NCBI GenBank assembly: GCA_945877575.1
Contig: CAMDUE010000003.1
Coordinates: 88,174 to 152,173, forward strand
DNA length: 64,000 nt
Reading direction: 5' to 3'
DNA from: Chitinophaga pinensis
GTDB lineage: Bacteria > Bacteroidota > Bacteroidia > NS11-12g > UBA955
How positions within the stretch are numbered: position 1 is the first letter of the stretch; the number at the start of each line of letters is the position of its first letter. A model generated the notes under the pieces. That model saw nothing but the letters and a program-made list of their open reading frames with translations. It ran no database searches and had not been told where the DNA came from. The position numbers and the translations under genes are program-made. Of the stretch, positions 38,415 to 47,146 are shown piece after piece.

Positions 38415-40978
38415 TATTTAAATGTAAAGAAGGCTCTAAATGGCATTACAACTATATGCACCAAGAATGAAAGAGTTTTATTAATGACTGTTGGATTTTT
38501 ATTATTATCGCTTCCATTTGAGTTATAAGCGAGGTATTTAGAATCATAATTATAGTTGTACGCCCCATAGTCATGAAAATAGTAATTCCCTAATGTGTAA
38601 TAGGCACCACTGTAATTTGAGTAAGCCTTTAAATTACCGTATCCATAATCATAACCATAACCATAACCAGCAATACCACCTTTGACCCCGTTTAACAAGC
38701 AGGCGATGTTGTTTGATTTGCTTAATTTCTTGAATGTCAAAGCAATTTCCTTGACTTTATTCAACTCGGAAACACCAAAGCGAACCACAAAAATACTTAA
38801 ATCAGCAAAACGAGAAACCTCAAGAGAGTCACTCACCAAACCTATTGGTGGACAATCAAAAATGATAATATCAAACTTACTTTTTAAGTCATCCATAACT
38901 TCCAACATTCGGTCTGAAGCTAATAGTTCTAGTGGATTTGGCGGGATAGGACCTGAGGAAATAATAGACAAATTTTCATACCCTACATCTTTAATCACTT
39001 GATCAACAGTTATTTGTGAATTTGAAAGCAAATTACTCAGTCCTATTTCACGTTTGGATATGTTGAAGTTCCTACTAATGCCTGGTTTCCGTAAGTCACC
39101 CTCAATAACTAGCGTTTTCTTACCTGAAATAGCATAAACAGCTCCTAAATTTAAACTGCAAAATGACTTACCCTCTGTTGAAATTGAACTGGTAATGAGT
39201 ATGACTTTCGTATTGATACTTTCTTCAGTGATGAATCCTATGTTGGTTCTAATACTTCTGAATTGTTCTGCAACAATATTTCTTGAATTATCTTGTTCAA
39301 TAACCAACGAAGATTTATCAGATGTTTCAGTGTATATGATGGAACCTAAAATTGGAATATTTAATACTTCACGTAATTCACCTACATTATAAACCTTATT
39401 TCTCAAGATGCTTTTGACCACCAAGATTATCGTTACCAAAAGAAATCCAATAAACGTGAAAAGTATTTGTGTAAGTTTTACCTGAGGAACAACTAGTTTC
39501 TCTCCGGTAGTATTTTCTAAAATCCTGACATTAGATAAGGTTCCAGCCATTTGTATTGCCGACTCCTCTCTTTTTTGGAGAAGATATTGATACAGTGAGT
39601 TTAAAACATTTTGTTGCCTCGTTAAATTTAGCAAAGTCCTTTCCTTTTCAGGAATTGACCTAATTAATTTGTTATAATTAGTATTGGTTCCAGACCGGTC
39701 TTGTAAAATTCCTTCTTTTATTTTATATAGATTTTCCAAGGAATTATCTATTAGATTATCTATGGCCGTTCTAACTAAGTTTAACTCCGATTTAACAACA
39801 CCTAACTGATTGTTTTTATTTCCCACCAAACTATTAAGCTTGTTGTAGTTTAATTTCAATTCATTAAATCGATCAAAATAGGGTTGTATCTGCCTCATAT
39901 TACCCTCGCTCAGACCCGTTAATCCTGGGGCAATTTGATCTGATGCAACACCACGCAAAATGTAACTTTTGATTTGTTTTAAAACAATTATTTCAAATTC
40001 AAATTCCCAAATTTTATTATCACTCAATCTCATTTTATCTAAGAAATACTCAGACTCTTTAGATAATCTTGAAATATCATTAGTACTTTTAAATACTTCA
40101 ATTCTTCTTTCTATTGTGTCTAAATCTCTTCCCAGAAAATCTAGCCTGCGATCAATAAATTCTACAGTAAATTTCGCTTTTTTCCGTTTCTCAGATTGAG
40201 TGTAGCTTTGATAGCTTTCAACCAGAGAATTCAACATTTTTTCCGAATACCGTGGTGAAACTGATTCTGCAAATAAATGAATAATAGAGCTCCTTTTATC
40301 TTTCTCTATCCTGACATTTTCTAAAAATTGCTTTGCCGCTTTCCTATTGTCTAAAATCTCAATCCAATTGTTGTTCTTGAATTGCATTTTTAAAAACTCA
40401 TCAACAATTTTATCTCCTTTTTTGAAATTATAATTTCGCCGAAAAATTAACTTATTTCCATCAATTTCAGTAATAACTTCATATTTAACTATTTTTCCTT
40501 TTACACGAAGTCTTCCATCATTCAACAGTTTGAAAGCAAACTTTGAATTGGATATTTTATCTTTATTGATTACGTCTATATAAAAAGGCAATCCCTCTAA
40601 AGGTATATTGACTTTTTTCATAACACCTTCTGACTTGATAGTAAAAAAATAACCACATTTCTCTACAGCTCCTTTGATTACTTGAAATCCCTTAATCACT
40701 CCAATTTCATCATCAATGAAGGTAGGAGATTTACCAGCCACCTGTTGCAATATTTGATCACTTGAAGTATTGGACTCATCTTTCAACAAAAGTCCAGTTT
40801 CAGTTTCAAATATCGATTGAGTGTAATTGATTTTTAGGTTACCAAGGAATAGAAATAACAGAATAAAGAATGCATATACCGGCCAAAATGGTAAAAAATC
40901 TCTTAAAACCGTATGATATATTTTTAATGCACTTTTATCGTCACTATTCTGAATATTATTTTGTTGTAATTGATCCAC
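38414..40978 (-). CDS. wzc: polysaccharide co-polymerase / BY-kinase
   Basis: Two TM helices with a coiled-coil periplasmic domain; 'EQFRSIRTNI', 'TSSISTEGKS', 'DLRKP', 'GPIPPNPLEL' and 'DCPP'; Tyr-rich tail. Confidence 0.92.
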   Translation of the reverse strand: MDQLQQNNIQNSDDKSALKIYHTVLRDFLPFWPVYAFFILLFLFLGNLKINYTQSIFETETGLLLKDESNTSSDQILQQVAGKSPTFIDDEIGVIKGFQVIKGAVEKCGYFFTIKSEGVMKKVNIPLEGLPFYIDVINKDKISNSKFAFKLLNDGRLRVKGKIVKYEVITEIDGNKLIFRRNYNFKKGDKIVDEFLKMQFKNNNWIEILDNRKAAKQFLENVRIEKDKRSSIIHLFAESVSPRYSEKMLNSLVESYQSYTQSEKRKKAKFTVEFIDRRLDFLGRDLDTIERRIEVFKSTNDISRLSKESEYFLDKMRLSDNKIWEFEFEIIVLKQIKSYILRGVASDQIAPGLTGLSEGNMRQIQPYFDRFNELKLNYNKLNSLVGNKNNQLGVVKSELNLVRTAIDNLIDNSLENLYKIKEGILQDRSGTNTNYNKLIRSIPEKERTLLNLTRQQNVLNSLYQYLLQKREESAIQMAGTLSNVRILENTTGEKLVVPQVKLTQILFTFIGFLLVTIILVVKSILRNKVYNVGELREVLNIPILGSIIYTETSDKSSLVIEQDNSRNIVAEQFRSIRTNIGFITEESINTKVILITSSISTEGKSFCSLNLGAVYAISGKKTLVIEGDLRKPGISRNFNISKREIGLSNLLSNSQITVDQVIKDVGYENLSIISSGPIPPNPLELLASDRMLEVMDDLKSKFDIIIFDCPPIGLVSDSLEVSRFADLSIFVVRFGVSELNKVKEIALTFKKLSKSNNIACLLNGVKGGIAGYGYGYDYGYGNLKAYSNYSGAYYTLGNYYFHDYGAYNYNYDSKYLAYNSNGSDNNKNPTVINKTLSFLVHIVVMPFRAFFTFK

Positions 40979-41304
40979 AAATTTTTAGATTGAAGGGTTA
41001 TTTTGAATGATTAATCCGTTAACTCTTTCAAATTTATGTCTCCATTGTTAATTGTGTGTTAATTTAGAGTTTATACTTTGAGAATCTATGAGTTTACCAT
41101 TTTTTGAATGGCACTTAATGGCACCTTATTAATATCGGCATCTCCTACGAAATGTGAACGCCAAGAAATATTGGAAATAACAGAAGTAAATATTGATTAT
41201 TTCTCATCCAATAATGATTGGAGTGAAGTGGGAGTTAAATCTAGAATCTGGGCCTGAAAAGGAGAATGTCATTCACATCAACAAAGGAGATGACCGCACA
41301 AAAA

Positions 41305-42066
41305 TCATCTATCAATAATTGCATCCCAAAGTAGCGATCTCTGTTTCAGCGATTCGATAGAAAATTTTTCAGCTTCTGACCATTTTTGAGCGTCATCGCC
41401 ACAAAGTTGAGCCACCATTTCCAAGGCGAGGTGCGAGTGATGATCGCCATCTACCTCAATATGTCTTTCTATGTAATATTTGAATGTAGATACTTTTTCA
41501 GGGAATTCTTGGTGGATTTCTCTGAGGATTTCAACAAACATATCGGGAATCAAGTCTTCACGTCCGAAGGTAAAAACAGCAGCCTTAATATGAGCAGGTT
41601 GATTGATGGCAACATCAAACGTGAAATTCAAGAATGATTTAACTTTGGGGTGGAGTTCGGCATTTTCTATAGCATTGAAAATATTTTTATCAATGGCTTG
41701 GGACAAAAATGCTTGAATGGTTAGGGTGTCGGCACCCATTTGTTGCATGGCTTTGAGATACAATTCAAAATGCGATATTCTCACTCCGTGTTCGTCTACG
41801 TCAGATTCTTCTCCGAGTACAATTTCATTGATTAGATATCGAGTATCAGCTGTACCAACGGGCCTCCATGGCAATTCAACGCAAGTCAAATCTCTTTGGA
41901 GCGATTTCAACAAGCTCATAAAGTCCCAAACCGCATACACATGCTTTTCTGAGAACTGAATCAATCCATTGAGGTCATTGATACTCTTATACACCGGATG
42001 TTGAAGTAACAATTCTCTCTGCGCTTGGATGTTTTTCTGTAGGGATTCAATGAAATTATTTGACAT
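41305..42066 (-). CDS. DUF3050 heme-oxygenase-like (diiron) protein
   Basis: 'HVYAVWDFMSLLKSLQ', 'INEIVLGEESD', 'SHFELY' and 'YIERHIEVDGDHH'. Start placed at MSNNF, just after the -7 element TATTTTTG. Confidence 0.88.
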   Translation of the reverse strand: MSNNFIESLQKNIQAQRELLLQHPVYKSINDLNGLIQFSEKHVYAVWDFMSLLKSLQRDLTCVELPWRPVGTADTRYLINEIVLGEESDVDEHGVRISHFELYLKAMQQMGADTLTIQAFLSQAIDKNIFNAIENAELHPKVKSFLNFTFDVAINQPAHIKAAVFTFGREDLIPDMFVEILREIHQEFPEKVSTFKYYIERHIEVDGDHHSHLALEMVAQLCGDDAQKWSEAEKFSIESLKQRSLLWDAIIDR

Positions 42067-42139
42067 GATGCTGCAAAAATACGCTGAAATGTCAGTGAAT
42101 TTTGTCAAGTTTTGGTAGTGAAAAGTCTAATTTCGCACC

Positions 42140-42919
42140 ATGAAAAATAAGTGGAATGTGATTCTTGCCGCCATCATTCTTGGGGGATGCTCATTGTTTT
42201 CAAATGGCATCAACGTATTTCCTGTCACTACAGATTTAGCCTTCGGAGCTCAAGTTGCCGCTGATATCGATAAAGAAAACAGCAAAAACTTGCTTGACAG
42301 TGCATCTAACAGCGTTATTTACCGTTACTTATATTCCATAAGAGACAGTATCCTTAGAAACAATGAAATTGAGCACGAAAACAAATTCCCTTGGCGAATC
42401 AGAATCATTAAAGACGATCAAACCCTGAACGCCTTTTGCACCCCAGGAGGATACATTTATTTCTACACCGGAATATTGAAATATTTACAATCAGAAGACG
42501 AATTAGCCGGTGTCATGGGGCACGAAATGGCACATGCCGCTAAACGCCACAGCACCGACGCTTTAACCCGTCAATACGGTGTCACCATCTTTACCCAGTT
42601 GTTAATTGACACACAATACCATGATCTGACCCAAATTGCTGCAGGCCTAGCGCTGTTGAAATACGGCCGAAAAGATGAATTGCAATCCGATGAATTTAGT
42701 GTTCGTTGGTTGTATAACACCAGTTATAATCCCACAGGTGCTGCAGGATTTTTTGAGAGAATGAACGCCTCAGGCGGACAAAGAGTGCCTGCATTTTTAA
42801 GTACTCACCCCGATCCAGGCAAAAGAGTAGAAAAAATTCATGCCTTGCATAAAAAATTGGGTGGAAAATCAGGGAATAAATACGAAGAGCGCTACAAACA
42901 GATGATTAAGTACATCTAA
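42140..42919 (+). CDS. M48 family zinc metalloprotease lipoprotein
   Basis: Lipobox 'LGGC'; 'NAFCTPGG', 'GHEMAH', 'ELQSD' and 'FLSTHP'. Confidence 0.92.
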   Translation: MKNKWNVILAAIILGGCSLFSNGINVFPVTTDLAFGAQVAADIDKENSKNLLDSASNSVIYRYLYSIRDSILRNNEIEHENKFPWRIRIIKDDQTLNAFCTPGGYIYFYTGILKYLQSEDELAGVMGHEMAHAAKRHSTDALTRQYGVTIFTQLLIDTQYHDLTQIAAGLALLKYGRKDELQSDEFSVRWLYNTSYNPTGAAGFFERMNASGGQRVPAFLSTHPDPGKRVEKIHALHKKLGGKSGNKYEERYKQMIKYI

Positions 42920-45225
42920 TATATAGCCAATCCCATCAAATACCGCAAAGCCGTTTTTACCACTCGTCCAGCAAATTCATAGTGCGATTCAGATCCTCCG
43001 GAAACGCAGTACAAGGAGAATCTCGTTAATATCAAGCTTTTTAAAGAATAGCGCGCCGTTTTTACATATTCCAACCAATCTTCATCTAAAAGAGCTGCAT
43101 GTTTCTTTGCGTGTCCCTCGAAATCATCATACGGCAAGTCTAGAAAGCTCAAAAACTCCATGATGTCGCGGTGAGGATAGTCGTTCATGCATAATTCCCA
43201 ATCGTAAATCACGGGCTCACCGTTGTTCAATATCATGATATTCCGTGGATTAAAATCATTGTGAATGACACAAATACGCGAACTAAGTGTAGAGAACTCA
43301 AGTTCCAATTGACTCAATTGTAACGATTCCAAACAACGAAAATCAACTTCGTCAAACTGAATATCTTTGCGAACGGAATCCAAAAATAATGCATTCAATC
43401 GTTGATAGAATTTCATTGCCTTCCAAGGCCGTTGCAGTGGAAACTCATTTGCAATTTCAGCTTTGAATTGAAGATTATGGAAATCATGAATCGCTTCAAT
43501 ACAAGCATCTATATCACCCAAACTCCATTTTTCAGGCTCATTCTCGCAGTTCAGAATCTTTGTTTCTGTTGGATGTATGAACCGTTGAAGAAGCAAATAA
43601 ATCTCTCGCTTTTCATCTTGTTTGATGCCAAATAATTTGGGAAAATACGGATATTCAACCTCGTTAAGCCATTGAGCCATTGAAACTTCTTTCAGATGGC
43701 ATTGATCAAATTCTAGTTTCTTTCTGTCTTCCAAAATGGCAGCAGCTAAGGCAGAATCAATTCCACTGGCTACCAAATGCAACCCTTTATAAACTTCTTC
43801 ACTTGTGGGTCTAGACTTCAATAGCACACGATCAACTTCGTTGATCTTCAACAAATAATAGCCTTGCAACTTCGAAGTGACCCGAGTGGTCAGCTGGGTA
43901 ATGATACCGTTATCAAAATACTCGTGACTTTGCCACTCAATTTTTTCTACTTTAGATTTGTAGGAATCATACAAGCAGGCCCTCAGAAAATCAACATCCA
44001 CTTCCGATTTCAACAACCAATCAACTGGTTTATTTCGTCCTAACTTTTGATGCGCTCGAGCAAATTCTCCACTAACAATGGCTCCAAAAGTAGAAATCTC
44101 TAACCCTAGAGCCGCACCCGCAATGATCCTAGAAAAACGCTGTAATTGACCACGGCCATGACAACCCATCATCTGAAGTGCTTCTTTTTGCTTGGGAAGA
44201 TGAGTACCACCGCCCACGGTTCCAACCACTAAATTGGGAAACGTAATTTCAAAACAAAGTCCTTTTTGCGTCTTTTCAATATTCAAAAACGCCGTTGATG
44301 ATTCATGCAAACACGCTGCATCTTGCCCAGTAGCCAAAAATATCGAAGCCAAGGCATTAGCTACATTGATATTGTAACCCACCATACCTTCTTTTTCAGC
44401 AGCCTCTTTCGAAGGATGATAGAATTTGAAAAATTGATTTGAATCTACCCTTAATACATCTTTCAACACTTCGTCTGAAACCTCTACCGACGCAGATACT
44501 TTGCAACCGCGGCCATGATCAATGTTGTACTGAGATATTTTCTTATCGGCGGCGCCATTTCCTTCAATGACATAATCTAAATGCACATGGGGATACAGTT
44601 CCCCAAACTCTGCCGCAATATGCAACAAAGCATGCCAAGTGCAAGTAGTTGTCATATTTTGACCCGCTGCATCACCCGTTTGGTAATAAAACTTGGTATT
44701 TAAATTAGATCCAAATACATCTGTTTTCATTTCGAGTAGCTTGGCGTGATTGCTGTAAGACTCAGCCACTGATTTAATTTCTTCAAAATGGGAGTTTAAA
44801 TATTCTTCAAGCAATTTCGCATTTTGATTTGAATCCAAAATAAACAGTGGCGCGCGCAACATTCGTTGATAATGAAAGTCAGAATCAAATCCTCCTGAAA
44901 GAGCGATTACGCGAGCTCCGCGATTCATGGAATACACCAATGCACCTTCAAGGGTTGCGGCGGGTAAAAAAACAACTTCAGCTGGAAATTCTGATAATTC
45001 TTTATATGCAATGGGACCAACCAATCCAACGGGAATTTCAACGCTACCAACAAAAGATTCGATGTTGTGATTGATTTCATCAAGGGGAAGCTGATGGCTG
45101 AAAAGTCGAGACGAGTCTAATTGCAAGCCCTTCAAAAAATCTTGCCTCAACAAAACCGCTTGGCTTGTGTTAAACCCTCTTCCTGGTACTTTTGGTGCTC
45201 TATCAAAAAAATGCCCCTCTGACAT
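42916..45225 (-). CDS. class I HMG-CoA reductase homolog fused to C-terminal APH/choline-kinase-like phosphotransferase
   Basis: HMGR motifs 'NIESFVG', 'TLEGAL', 'DAAGQNM', 'EGNGAADKK', 'GQD', 'VGTVGGGT' and 'AHQKLGR'; kinase motifs 'HNDFNPRNI' and 'IYDWE'. Confidence 0.88.
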   Translation of the reverse strand: MSEGHFFDRAPKVPGRGFNTSQAVLLRQDFLKGLQLDSSRLFSHQLPLDEINHNIESFVGSVEIPVGLVGPIAYKELSEFPAEVVFLPAATLEGALVYSMNRGARVIALSGGFDSDFHYQRMLRAPLFILDSNQNAKLLEEYLNSHFEEIKSVAESYSNHAKLLEMKTDVFGSNLNTKFYYQTGDAAGQNMTTTCTWHALLHIAAEFGELYPHVHLDYVIEGNGAADKKISQYNIDHGRGCKVSASVEVSDEVLKDVLRVDSNQFFKFYHPSKEAAEKEGMVGYNINVANALASIFLATGQDAACLHESSTAFLNIEKTQKGLCFEITFPNLVVGTVGGGTHLPKQKEALQMMGCHGRGQLQRFSRIIAGAALGLEISTFGAIVSGEFARAHQKLGRNKPVDWLLKSEVDVDFLRACLYDSYKSKVEKIEWQSHEYFDNGIITQLTTRVTSKLQGYYLLKINEVDRVLLKSRPTSEEVYKGLHLVASGIDSALAAAILEDRKKLEFDQCHLKEVSMAQWLNEVEYPYFPKLFGIKQDEKREIYLLLQRFIHPTETKILNCENEPEKWSLGDIDACIEAIHDFHNLQFKAEIANEFPLQRPWKAMKFYQRLNALFLDSVRKDIQFDEVDFRCLESLQLSQLELEFSTLSSRICVIHNDFNPRNIMILNNGEPVIYDWELCMNDYPHRDIMEFLSFLDLPYDDFEGHAKKHAALLDEDWLEYVKTARYSLKSLILTRFSLYCVSGGSESHYEFAGRVVKTALRYLMGLAIY

Positions 45226-45317
45226 ATCAAAGGGGCAAATATATCGTGTTAACAGACAATTGATTTACGATTTATCACAAATCGCAAATTTGAAATTACG
45301 GATTTACGCAACTACCC

Positions 45318-46021
45318 TTACCTCGGATGTCCAAGGGCACTTTCTATCAGGAAGCGTCTCATCAAATGGTTGTTGGTTGCGGTACCTGTCCAAGCTCCGA
45401 CACCAAAATAATTTCCACCAGCTGTAAATGAACCAATGTATGAAGTACCAATGAAGGTTCCATCAATTTTAATATCCAGGTTCCATCGCCACCATTTGTG
45501 ACGCTTCCTGCGTACAAATTAGCAGCAATATGCAAAGGCTTGCTCCAATCAATGGTTTGTTGCCAATAGATCTTGCCGTTTTGATTTGCTGAATTGGGTG
45601 TAAGTTGAACGTATCCCGTAGTATTTGAAGCGTTGCCAACAAAAGTAGCTGCTGGAGATAATGATGTGGGATTTCCGAGTGTCCAGTTCCATTCCATTAC
45701 ACCAGGGCTCGTGGTTTGATCTTCAAATCTAACCCATGCAGTTCCGTTCCAATAGTAATACCCAGGAGTAACGTTGTTAGGATAAGACCCTGCAGTGGCA
45801 GTATTGTATACCAACATGGATGTAGTTGGCGAGGTTAACGGTGAAGCAGAAGTCAAAGAAGTAAGTGCCACTCTCGACAACAAAACACCCTTTGTGCTCG
45901 ATGTAACATCCAACTGTGCTGAACTAGAAGGCGTTGTAGTACCAATTCCGACTTGTGCTTTCACAGTGCAAAATGGCGTTGTGATCAAGACAAATAAGGA
46001 GAAGAATCTAAGCGGAGACAT
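45318..46021 (-). pseudogene. lectin-like VGIGTTTP-family paralog with internal frameshifting deletion
   Basis: Matches the 55329/56260 paralogs up to 'GGDGTW'. A shifted frame then resumes with 'LDIKIDGTFIGTSYIGSFTAGGNYFGVGAWTG...LGHPR*'. Confidence 0.8.
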
Positions 46022-46111
46022 AGTATTTAAGTTGATAAATTTACAAACAAAATAGTTCACATAAAACCGATTATTTACATCACTTTTTTTTCTATATTTA
46101 CACTACCCTGA

Positions 46112-46132
46112 AATTACGGAAAATCCGTAATT
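46112..46132. promoter_or_regulatory. perfect palindrome AATTACGGA-AAA-TCCGTAATT (candidate operator)
   Basis: Intergenic, upstream of the ubiA-like operon. Related copies occur at 4703-4723 and 45291-45305. Confidence 0.6.
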
Positions 46133-46198
46133 CAAAGTTGTGTATTTGCGTTTATCCTTTTTGTACAATAACCAAAACTGCATAGATTCGCCGCCCTA

Positions 46199-47146
46199 TT
46201 GAAAACCCAATTCAACCCAATGAACCAAAATCAACCCCTATACTCCCGTTTTTGGATATATCTTACCGAACGATTTCCACTTCACTCACACGGAATTTTA
46301 ATTGCCGCATTTAGTTTTAGCGCCATTGGTTACTCCCGATTGTGCCAACAACTGCCTCATTTTATTGACCTCAAGGCCTTCTTAGTTTGCATCTTCAATA
46401 CCGTTTCCTTGTTTTTTCTTCTTCGTGTATTCGATGAACACAAAGACGCTGAAGACGATGCAAAATTCAGATCGGAATTACCCGTTCCACGCGGACTTAT
46501 TTCGCTCAAAGAACTACGCAACATTGGCTTGACCATATTTGTTTTTCAACTGATCATCAGCGCTGTAACCTTTCCTAAAATGCTTCCGCTTTATGCGGTG
46601 GTTATTGCTTATTTATTGCTCATGGGAAAAGAATTTTTCATGGCTGATTGGCTTAAAAAACACCAATTCTGGTACGTCACCAGTCACATGATCATCATTC
46701 CACTCATTGACATTTATGCCTCTGGTTACGATTGGCATTTAAATCAACGTCCTGCGCCGTTCGGATTGATCTACTTTTTTGGTGTCTCCTTCTTTAATGG
46801 AATTGTGCTAGAGCTCGGCCGGAAAATCCGTGCCCCCCACGATGAAAAACCAGGAGTTCAGACGTATTCCAGCATGTTGGGATTGTATAAATCAGTCTAT
46901 CTATGGATAGCAGTCCTTTTTGCAACTCTAGTTCTCGCTTTGCTTGCCGCAGAATTTGCAAAACTTCCAACGGGCGTTTTTACCGCTCTTTGTGTTTACT
47001 TTGTTTTGACCTTGTTGGCCGCCGTTTGGCACCTAAAAAAGCAAAGTTCTGCTTCTGCTAAAATCATTGAAATTGCCAGCGGAGCTTGGACCATACTCAT
47101 GTATTTAACCCTTGGCGGTATTCTAACCATTACTCACATTTTATGA
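46199..47146 (+). CDS. UbiA-superfamily prenyltransferase-like membrane protein
   Basis: 8-9 TM helices; Asp-rich 'LRVFDEHKDAEDD', 'PVPRG' and second motif 'ELGRKIRAPHDEKPGVQTYS'. The start may instead be the ATG at 46220. Confidence 0.82.
   Translation: MKTQFNPMNQNQPLYSRFWIYLTERFPLHSHGILIAAFSFSAIGYSRLCQQLPHFIDLKAFLVCIFNTVSLFFLLRVFDEHKDAEDDAKFRSELPVPRGLISLKELRNIGLTIFVFQLIISAVTFPKMLPLYAVVIAYLLLMGKEFFMADWLKKHQFWYVTSHMIIIPLIDIYASGYDWHLNQRPAPFGLIYFFGVSFFNGIVLELGRKIRAPHDEKPGVQTYSSMLGLYKSVYLWIAVLFATLVLALLAAEFAKLPTGVFTALCVYFVLTLLAAVWHLKKQSSASAKIIEIASGAWTILMYLTLGGILTITHIL

Noticed and set aside
45470-45485. Programmed frameshift in the lectin-like gene
   Set aside because: About 70 codons are missing relative to the paralogs and there is no slippery site; a deletion explains it.
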